64,000 bases of DNA, taken from a virus. The DNA lies in IMG/VR virus record IMGVR_UViG_3300030119_000590, positions 1-64,000 of that record; one strand, written 5' to 3'. Made by a program: the position numbers and the translations under genes. Within the stretch, counting starts at the first letter, position 1. The number at the start of each line of letters is the position of its first letter. Below, in pieces: positions 22,401 to 29,534 of the stretch. The notes below the pieces were generated by a model, which worked only from the letters and a program-made list of their open reading frames with translations, did no database searches and was not told the DNA's origin.

Positions 22401-25400
22401 TTATGCTTGGTACACTTACCTATTATGGAAACCCAAGCAGTATGAACATTTACTTTAAACGAGATAACTCATTAGGTTGTGAGTCAGGAGTTATCGTTGA
22501 TAATGTATGTAAACTTACACCATACGATATTATTGATAAGACTGAGTTTAAAGAAACTCCATGTGATTCAATCGATGCTATTGAGATAGAAACATTTGAC
22601 GGAGAATATATAGCAACTGAAGGAACTGTTACTGGATTTCCACCACACCAATACGAGGAAGATGACAATGGAAATACATCACCTGAACATTCTATTGGTA
22701 ATATTACATGGGATTTAGTAGAAGTAATAACCGTTCCTGGATCACGAAGGTTGGGAGAGCAACTAAAGTTAACGGGTGACTTAATTTATTCAACATCACC
22801 AAGTTCACGCATTAAATATTGCAATGTGTTAAAGAAGCTACCGAAAACAACAGAGTGTGGTGTGGGTTGGAAACACACACATAATATTACAAAAAACGGA
22901 ATTTACAACTTTGACACAGATCCAATTGGTTTGGGTGACGGGTTTGAAAGAGTAAGTGCCGATGTAAATGACAATGAAGTAGTAATCAAAACTATATTCT
23001 TAAACTCTGACCCAAAATATACTTCTGGATTTGTTTATAGAGTTGATGCACCGTTGAACGAATCCTTTTCATCTTTTAATAATGAACTTATAGTTTCGGG
23101 TGGAACTTATGTTGAGGGTAGTATGATAACTCTCACACTATCAAATGGAATGCACGATGTTTACCTCGGACGAATTGATAAATCAGGCCAACTTGTAGGA
23201 AGACAATCTAGAATTAATTTGGCAATAAATCCAATACCATACAATTTAACATCTAGAAAAGATTTAGTAAAATTTCCATATGATTATGATTTTAATGTAG
23301 ACGGAAGTTTTGGAATATCACTTGATGCTAATGAAAAGTTTTTACTCATAGGTGATGCTTACGACAGAAAGTTTAATGATCCGAATAACCCAAACGCAGA
23401 GTTTGTTGCTGGTGCAGTTTATGCATTTTCTGTTGACGGTGGTAAGATTTCTTTTCTAGAAAAATTATATGCCGATGAATTAGAGGAATTCACTTATTCA
23501 AGTGAATACGGAAGAAGTGTCTCGATACAAGGAACTGATTTTCTGGTAGGAGCACCAAGTAAAGATGCAAGTGAAATATCGGTTTTAGATGGTGGTGAGA
23601 ATATTGGGGTAAAAGACTTTAGAAGAGGAACACGAAGAATTTCAGACCGAACATATGTTTCTGAGCAATTGATTTATACAAATGCAGAATGCTCTTATGT
23701 CGGTGGAGATATGCCAGATGTGGTGGTAAAAATACCAATAGATACATTGGAAGTAAATGAAAGTCTAATTTCTGAATTTATGATTACGGCCGACTTTATA
23801 AAAACTGATAAAAATAGTTTGTACACTCTACGGATACCAACAGACTATACAAAACATATTGTGTCACCTGATAAATCTGTTACTGACAATGTGTCTAAAA
23901 TAACTTCATCAACTTGGATGACAACTGGTGTTCTGTGGTTACCACCGGCAGTTACAAATGAAACTGCAACACCTACTCCGATTGATGTATACGATTCACA
24001 AAAGAACTTTCTTGGTCACATTACTTATACAGGTCAACTATCGGTAAATAAAATTTATTTTGTTGAAAATGGAACACCATATGTTGGTGAGATAGAAAAT
24101 TCTCGATGTATGTTGACAGATTATACAGAAAATCTTGGGTCGGTAACCCGTGGTGTTTATCGAGATTTGACAAAAATTGAAGATGGCAAAGTTTGGTTTT
24201 ATGTTGATGTTGATCCAGATACATTTACGCAAACAGACCGAACGTGGTCACAAGACGGAGTTGAGTTTGTTTATTATGTTGATAGAAATGCAGAAGAAGG
24301 TTCGGTTTTTTATTATAGAATTGGGGAGTCTAGTATTGATAGAAAGGCATTTGTTAAGACAAATAAATACCCATATAAAGTCAGACATCAGTTTGGAACT
24401 GCTGTATCGTTAAGTTCTGATTATATTTATGTTGGTTCTCCTGTTATGGGAGATTTTCCTGCAAATGAACTAGAAGCATTTGAAGGGTCTGACCTTGGTT
24501 TATTTGAACAATGCTCTAAGATCTATTCTTCGTATGGAGATATTGCATGGGGACGTCTATCAAACATGGATAAAGATGTTTCTGGTAAAATTTTGGCATA
24601 CGATGTTGCTTCTTTGCGTGATGACGAAAGAGTTTATGTTGGGAATGTGTTTTACAAAAATGGAATTGCAGTTATTACTAATTCCTCAGACTATTTCAAA
24701 AATATGTTTTCTGGCTCAAATGATACAGGATTTGAAGTTTCGTATCGTGGAACTCATGCAATATATGAAAATGAAATATTATGTTCAGTTGCACCTTCTG
24801 AGTTCAATGTAAGTACAAATCCAACTTCTGTTTCGTATGATGATATTGATTACGATGTAAATGGTGATACTCAATTTGACATAAAAGACTTGGCATATAT
24901 TTACCGATATATGATTGGTTCTTTGGTTGATATACAAATTGATATCGAGGAAAGCTATACTGTCCAAAAAGAAACACTTGAAACCATTTGTAGAGAGTTT
25001 TCAATTCCGTATCCATCATCAATTGACATAGAAAAAAGATTTAAAATACCAGTAGAAGTTTCGTTTGGAATGCTTGATATACGCAGAGTTAATAATGGTG
25101 TAGTGGGAAATAAACTTAGGTATGACGATGCTATTACTGTGGGAGAGTCATTAGTACTTCCATCAGGATATACACACACGGTACGACCAGTTCAGTCAAT
25201 TGAATCTATTGCAAAATTTACAGGTGTAACAGTAGATGCGATATACCAAGCCAACCCAACCGCATCTGCTTCTCCTTTATATCTAGGACAAACATTGATT
25301 ATACCAGCAGGAGGAGATTTTACACCTGGTATAAAATTCGAGGAAGGTAATAACTCTAATTGGCCAAACGATGACTTGGCATTAACTGAAACAGAAGATT

Positions 25401-25894
25401 TGATTCTTATGGATGTTCTTCTTCGTTCCACCGAAAATTCTGTAGGTGAAAACGAGTACAATAAAATACTTACGAAACTCGAGTCGTTAGAGGAACGTGG
25501 ACTACTTGATATTGATGGTGATGGTATGGTTACTGATGTAGATGCCAAATTATTAGTAAGATATTTCGTAGGAAGAACTGGAACAGATTTGACTGATGGA
25601 TTAATAAACACTTTCACAAATGGTGAAATTGCTCAAAGCAGAAATGTTGCATATCAAATATTGGAGTTTTTAGACGAACGGACTGGTAAAAATCGTGGTG
25701 TTGAAATACTTCAAGATTTCGTGGATTATCGTGAAAATGATGCAAAGGATCAACTTGGAAGTTATTTAGCACCATTTGCAACCACAATCGGTATTTATAG
25801 TGGGTTGGAACTTGTTATGGTTGCTAAATTAAGTAGACCCGTGAAGATAGTTCCTAACTATCCAATTAATTTTTTGGTGAAATATGACACTTAA
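19430..25894 (+). CDS. 2154-aa virion protein with FG-GAP repeats, unrecognised ~95-aa repeats, LysM domains and dockerin-like EF-hands
   Basis: FGASVSIKGKHMVVGAPG, FGTAVSLSSDYIYVGSP (FG-GAP); HTVRPVQSIESIAKFTGVTVDAIYQAN...LGQTLIIP (LysM); DVNGDTQFDIKD and DIDGDGMVTDVD (dockerin-like). Confidence 0.8.
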   Translation: MIKPLKVSDKSVRRFKTHKLWSYDNITSVDDILLEQENLDGPLSLFLDESTVLSPEQTSSSTKLKVTRGKRYEPTDTFYPVGHSLHDQTKELINGDGSYQRVVYNSIKHLFYNEYGVSTSLSSTGTNVKNPLMVFGSETGNYMMNTRAENTIFSTNNNVDYERRSLQDDIIVVQFDSSQMGEKIKPGDFRIRDYSSPYGVLEVVDDGATNLVISTSSFNEIKEVSGSSLTDVKSINSDSPIFNFNDLTFGYKISSAGKYFISGQPVMSDAPTEVNSGRAVLYKLNEETQEFQILREFFNPFTQNGLSTEIQNDNTGFLMTELEGMLINEDYSINDNFGDAVELKHNCCVVGSSQSHIRGVCSELGKTGHIFVYDRDKGGADHWGLVNIIEGEPGTEFGASVSIKGKHMVVGAPGYNNSEGAIYLFEKSVRTESHPWKRISNSFDDYDWDEEQGVYVGKPTGEKLERNNKSVSRYNIKSLVPNADKLTHFYIDSSKFLTNLCTEANLNQYTISVGSSTNDQTNGISASGWKMSGILSASGSDSSESSLPYPVDVYDSSDNLIGNIIYTGKPKVMSLYFSFGEDNLNCISGTIQGNSCRMTGGLLQEQCSEPGFTEYRVSLSESVSDQLNGVTSSTWMKPGILSVSGSDTSTSSEPYAVDVYDSSNSLIGHITYTGKPKSMNLYFRTSDMDASCVYGKIEGNICILPTELVISGTTSGICTEDGYTEYEVSPQEGITDQEAGIISSTWTRLGILSLPSTKDTSQPTPNPVDVLYQDELLGHITFTGTPASDRIYFTEGAICLSGKIIKGECILSEHQPLIGKKISGDLIDYSVSTELGVNDNINGIISSEWLYSGILSLPYADSTNSSTPYFIDVYDIDGLFVGHITYTGLPVSSNIYFTDQEGFVFVGTIVGGKCEFKYLNEPPEQPTLEQLECTEDGFNTYNVSSEQIVDDSEWGVKTSTWAYTGTLSISHADTKYGTQSYTVDVIDQRNIMLGTLTYYGNPSSMNIYFKRDNSLGCESGVIVDNVCKLTPYDIIDKTEFKETPCDSIDAIEIETFDGEYIATEGTVTGFPPHQYEEDDNGNTSPEHSIGNITWDLVEVITVPGSRRLGEQLKLTGDLIYSTSPSSRIKYCNVLKKLPKTTECGVGWKHTHNITKNGIYNFDTDPIGLGDGFERVSADVNDNEVVIKTIFLNSDPKYTSGFVYRVDAPLNESFSSFNNELIVSGGTYVEGSMITLTLSNGMHDVYLGRIDKSGQLVGRQSRINLAINPIPYNLTSRKDLVKFPYDYDFNVDGSFGISLDANEKFLLIGDAYDRKFNDPNNPNAEFVAGAVYAFSVDGGKISFLEKLYADELEEFTYSSEYGRSVSIQGTDFLVGAPSKDASEISVLDGGENIGVKDFRRGTRRISDRTYVSEQLIYTNAECSYVGGDMPDVVVKIPIDTLEVNESLISEFMITADFIKTDKNSLYTLRIPTDYTKHIVSPDKSVTDNVSKITSSTWMTTGVLWLPPAVTNETATPTPIDVYDSQKNFLGHITYTGQLSVNKIYFVENGTPYVGEIENSRCMLTDYTENLGSVTRGVYRDLTKIEDGKVWFYVDVDPDTFTQTDRTWSQDGVEFVYYVDRNAEEGSVFYYRIGESSIDRKAFVKTNKYPYKVRHQFGTAVSLSSDYIYVGSPVMGDFPANELEAFEGSDLGLFEQCSKIYSSYGDIAWGRLSNMDKDVSGKILAYDVASLRDDERVYVGNVFYKNGIAVITNSSDYFKNMFSGSNDTGFEVSYRGTHAIYENEILCSVAPSEFNVSTNPTSVSYDDIDYDVNGDTQFDIKDLAYIYRYMIGSLVDIQIDIEESYTVQKETLETICREFSIPYPSSIDIEKRFKIPVEVSFGMLDIRRVNNGVVGNKLRYDDAITVGESLVLPSGYTHTVRPVQSIESIAKFTGVTVDAIYQANPTASASPLYLGQTLIIPAGGDFTPGIKFEEGNNSNWPNDDLALTETEDLILMDVLLRSTENSVGENEYNKILTKLESLEERGLLDIDGDGMVTDVDAKLLVRYFVGRTGTDLTDGLINTFTNGEIAQSRNVAYQILEFLDERTGKNRGVEILQDFVDYRENDAKDQLGSYLAPFATTIGIYSGLELVMVAKLSRPVKIVPNYPINFLVKYDT

Positions 25895-25944
25895 ACAAAA
25901 TTACCTTATATTTATTAATAACAAACCTTTAAGGAGAGAAGATT

Positions 25945-26412
25945 ATGGCACAACCACAACCTAAGACAGTATTTGAAAACGAAACAAGTAGAGCATCACT
26001 CAAAACAAATCTATTAGATAGATTAGAAAAGTACAACTCCGTATATCGTGAGTCTGCACCTTCACCAACTGGAAAAGGTGCACCAGGTATTCCAAACTCA
26101 GGTCTTAAAAACGAGAGAGTTGCAGGTGACTATTTTGGATATGGTGGTCAAGTTCGTAAGTTTAACGAGGGTTCAACCGGTATTATACAAAATAGAGGAT
26201 TTGTGTGCGGAAAGCAGTCAATGGGAAAATCAGACTATGAAGGGACTGAGAATGGTAAGTCAACCGCTGCTGACAAAAGCATTTATCGTAACTATATGAA
26301 AGCAGATAAGTATGGTGATTCATCTGCAATTAGTGGACTTGCCCAAGGGTTGAGAACCAACACATCAGCAGGTGCCGGTATGAGAAGAGGTGGTGGGGGT
26401 GCTTATTCCTAA
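25945..26412 (+). CDS. hypothetical Gly-rich basic protein
   Basis: 155 aa, AGGAGAG RBS, upstream ATATTTAT motif at 25908. Confidence 0.75.
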   Translation: MAQPQPKTVFENETSRASLKTNLLDRLEKYNSVYRESAPSPTGKGAPGIPNSGLKNERVAGDYFGYGGQVRKFNEGSTGIIQNRGFVCGKQSMGKSDYEGTENGKSTAADKSIYRNYMKADKYGDSSAISGLAQGLRTNTSAGAGMRRGGGGAYS

Positions 26413-26426
26413 ACCTTTTTTCTTTC

Positions 26427-26455
26427 TTGCATTTTTTCCGACATTAGCATAACAT
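26427..26455 (+). promoter_or_regulatory. sigma70-like promoter for the DNA metabolism island
   Basis: TTGCAT-17 bp-TAACAT; the ATG at 26464 lies close to the predicted +1. Confidence 0.5.
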
Positions 26456-26463
26456 AATAAGTT

Positions 26464-26985
26464 ATGCAAAATAAATCCTATTGTTTAGGATTGGATATAA
26501 GTTCAACCGTTGTTGGTTATTGTGTATCTAGTTCAAAAAACGAAATTGTTGATGCGGGTTATATTGATATTCATAAATTAACAAGCATTAAAGAAAAAGC
26601 ACATAAAATTGCTCAGTATCTCGACTCAAGATCTATTGATCCTTCAATTATAATAGTTGAGGATTCATTGAGTGGATTTGGTGGAGGGAGAACCAGTCAA
26701 CAAACCATAGTAAAACTTGCAAAGTGTAATGCAGTTATAAGTTATGTTATTGAAGCATTGTATGAGGTTGATATAAATCACATTAACGTATCTACTTTAA
26801 GAAAAGCAGTTTTCGGTAAAAGTCGTGAAAAAGGTGTAGATAGCAAGACGTTTGTACGTGAACAACTTAAAAATAAGATTGATTTATCCAAGTTTATTGT
26901 CTATAATAGTAGAAATAATTATGATAAAAGGAACTACGATATGTTAGACGCAACGGTAGCATCGCTTTATCACTGGTATAAGTAA
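26464..26985 (+). CDS. ruvC: RuvC-like Holliday junction resolvase
   Basis: LGLDISSTVVGY, IIVED and DMLDA acidic catalytic motifs of the RNase H/RuvC fold. Confidence 0.8.
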   Translation: MQNKSYCLGLDISSTVVGYCVSSSKNEIVDAGYIDIHKLTSIKEKAHKIAQYLDSRSIDPSIIIVEDSLSGFGGGRTSQQTIVKLAKCNAVISYVIEALYEVDINHINVSTLRKAVFGKSREKGVDSKTFVREQLKNKIDLSKFIVYNSRNNYDKRNYDMLDATVASLYHWYK

Positions 26986-26987
26986 TT

Positions 26988-27914
26988 GTGGGCATTTCTG
27001 AGCAAAAGTTACTGACCTTACTTCAGAAGGTCTTGGGTGAAGGTAAAATCGTCTCTAAAGACGAAGCAATGTTTATATGCCCATTTTCACACCACCGAAA
27101 ACCAAAATTGGCTGTGAATCTATCTACGCAGAGGTGGCAGAGTTGGATTGATACAAATGCAAAAGGTCGTAGTATCTTTGCGTTATTCAAGAGGTTACAA
27201 GTTCCAAGCAATTACTTTGCCGAGTTATCAAAGATTGTAAAACTTCCGAAAAGCACTAAGTTGGTAGATGCAGAAGAGAAGTATGTGTCATTACCTTATG
27301 AGTTTAAAAGATTGACCGAAACTCACAAAGACTTTTCTTACACACAGGCAATAAACTATTTGAAGAATCGTGGAATTAAATCGTATGATATTGAACGATA
27401 CGACATAGGATATTGCTCTGATGGAGATTATTCAGGTAGAATTATAGTTCCATCATATGATCAAGATAATAAATTAAATTATTTTATTGCAAGAGATTTC
27501 ACAGGAAATGCTTATTTAAAATACAAAAATCCACCGGTCAGTAAAGATGTGGTGGTGTTTGAGAATCAAATAGATTACTCAGAACCTATTGTATTATGCG
27601 AAGGAGTATTCGACGCAATTGCTATACGGCGGAATGCAATTGCTCTTTTAGGTAAAAACATACCAAGTAAATTAAAAATTAAAATGATTGAAAACAAAGT
27701 TTCTGAAGTTTATGTGGTTCTTGACGAAGATGCCATTAAAAATGCAGTAGCAATTACAGAAACATTGTTGAATGAGGACATCAAAGTGCGATTCGTTAAA
27801 ATGGGAAACGAAGATGCCGCCGACGTTGGATTTCGAGGAATGGTGGAAAAACTTCGGAATACACCCATAATGGGTTTTGACGCATTGATGAAACAAAAGT
27901 TATGCATGAGTTAG
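26988..27914 (+). CDS. dnaG: DNA primase (degenerate Zn-binding domain plus TOPRIM)
   Basis: YLKNRGI, GRIIVP, KYKNP, LCEGVFDA and VLDEDA TOPRIM motifs. Confidence 0.88.
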   Translation: MGISEQKLLTLLQKVLGEGKIVSKDEAMFICPFSHHRKPKLAVNLSTQRWQSWIDTNAKGRSIFALFKRLQVPSNYFAELSKIVKLPKSTKLVDAEEKYVSLPYEFKRLTETHKDFSYTQAINYLKNRGIKSYDIERYDIGYCSDGDYSGRIIVPSYDQDNKLNYFIARDFTGNAYLKYKNPPVSKDVVVFENQIDYSEPIVLCEGVFDAIAIRRNAIALLGKNIPSKLKIKMIENKVSEVYVVLDEDAIKNAVAITETLLNEDIKVRFVKMGNEDAADVGFRGMVEKLRNTPIMGFDALMKQKLCMS

Positions 27915-28606
27915 ACACGAAGATAAAAAAGGTTGAAAAAATTTATCATGTATCAGATATTCACCTAAGAAACGTAAAACGTCACAAGGAATACCGAAGT
28001 GTATTTGAAAACTTTTACAAACAGCTAAAAGAAGATGCACTTGAAAACGCAATAATTTTTATTGGTGGGGATGTTGCTCATGCCAAAACAGAAATGAGTC
28101 CTGAACTGGTCGCGGAGATTGCAGATTTCTTTAATAAATGTGCAGAGATACACCCAACACTATTGATAGCAGGAAATCATGATTGTAATTTAAATAATCC
28201 AGATAGATTAGATGTATTGACTCCAATAGTTGATATGCTTGATAATGATAATCTGTTTTATTTAAGGGAAACAGGTGTGTATAAAATTGGTGATGTTGCA
28301 ATTAGTGTGTTTGGTATATTTGAAGACCCAAGTGAATATATTCGTGGAAAAGATATAACCGATAAGTCAATATCAACAAAGATTGCAGTATATCATGGCG
28401 CAATCAAACGAAGCAGAACAGACGTGGGTTACGTTATCGTTGGTGGTGATGTGCCTATGTATATGTTTGACGGATACGATATGGTAATGCTTGGGGATAT
28501 TCACAAGCATCAAATTTTACAAGAATATCATACTGAGGCATTGTTTGTACCTGAATCAAAAACAGATGAATATGTTCTTGATGGGTGGGAGGTCTGCGAT
28601 GACTAA
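27902..28606 (+). CDS. sbcD: SbcD/Mre11 (gp47-like) metallophosphoesterase, N-terminal fragment of a split gene
   Basis: HVSDIH, GGDVAH, AGNHD, YHG and LGDIHK motifs. The following YxGS motif is absent here and sits in the 29524 ORF. Confidence 0.85.
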   Translation: MHELDTKIKKVEKIYHVSDIHLRNVKRHKEYRSVFENFYKQLKEDALENAIIFIGGDVAHAKTEMSPELVAEIADFFNKCAEIHPTLLIAGNHDCNLNNPDRLDVLTPIVDMLDNDNLFYLRETGVYKIGDVAISVFGIFEDPSEYIRGKDITDKSISTKIAVYHGAIKRSRTDVGYVIVGGDVPMYMFDGYDMVMLGDIHKHQILQEYHTEALFVPESKTDEYVLDGWEVCDD

Positions 28607-29534
28607 TATCTTAATAAAGTGCAGAAATATTCACATAGGTGATGTGATTTTTTCAAGTAGTGTCGCAAAGAAACTGAAAGAAAAGAATCCAAATTGCATT
28701 GTTCACTATGACATCAATTATTTGCAACCTATGGAACTTCTTAATAATAACCCATATATTGATGGAGTTTATTACAAAGAATCGGCAAATATAGATTATG
28801 ATGTGGTGTATCAATTGATGAACGATGATGTATCTACATTAAGTCCATATGAATCTGCGGTTGCTCAATTTCAACGAATGTGTGGAATTGAAGATTACGA
28901 TGATACCTTCGAAGTTTTTACAAATCCTCAACTTGATTATTCTATAAAAAGAAGTATGGATGAACTGGTTAGCATAGGTGATTGGGATGATGACTTGGTA
29001 AAAATAGGATACCAAGTTGATTGGGATAGAAAAAGTTTTTTGTTCACGGAAGAAGAATATGAAAGAGCAGAGGATGGTGAAGACGGAACAGGATACGGAA
29101 GTGGAAAACGAAATGTATTTGATATAATCAATTGTATGGAAGTTTCTTCAAAGGTTATGTTGTTCGCACTTGGTCTTGAAGATAAGATTTCAAAGAACTA
29201 TCCGTGTTTAAATTCAACCAGCAAATTTTCGTTTACCGCAAGTTTAATGAAGAATTGTGATTATGTTATTGGGGGTGAAGGGTGTCTTACCAATGTATCA
29301 TCTGCACTGGGAACTAAAACGATAATTACGACTGATTATGTTTATCAAATGTTTGGTCCAAAAGGAATTCGTTGGCAACAAGAGGGTGGTGATTTAAACA
29401 ACTTGGAAACTCGCAGACCATTCCTAGGTCCCAATGCGTACTTTCCAAAAGGAGGCCACATAGAACTAAACCCGTTTTTAACAGACCTCCAAGTTGGAGA
29501 AGAAATTTTAAGAATAGCACTTGATGGAAATTAA
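28599..29534 (+). CDS. GT9 (heptosyltransferase-like) glycosyltransferase
   Basis: HIGDVIF...KLKEKNP...LLNNNPYID and LMKNCDYVIGGEG...SALGTKTI match the GT9 pattern. Start moved to ATG 28599 because of the GGGAGG RBS at 28587-28592. Confidence 0.75.
   Translation: MTNILIKCRNIHIGDVIFSSSVAKKLKEKNPNCIVHYDINYLQPMELLNNNPYIDGVYYKESANIDYDVVYQLMNDDVSTLSPYESAVAQFQRMCGIEDYDDTFEVFTNPQLDYSIKRSMDELVSIGDWDDDLVKIGYQVDWDRKSFLFTEEEYERAEDGEDGTGYGSGKRNVFDIINCMEVSSKVMLFALGLEDKISKNYPCLNSTSKFSFTASLMKNCDYVIGGEGCLTNVSSALGTKTIITTDYVYQMFGPKGIRWQQEGGDLNNLETRRPFLGPNAYFPKGGHIELNPFLTDLQVGEEILRIALDGN

Noticed and set aside
28491-28598. Longer 5' starts given by the ORF track (also 38457, 45145, 50586, 62933)
   Set aside because: Downstream starts fit the RBS or promoter motifs and the protein signatures better; the extensions overlap upstream genes or regulatory DNA.
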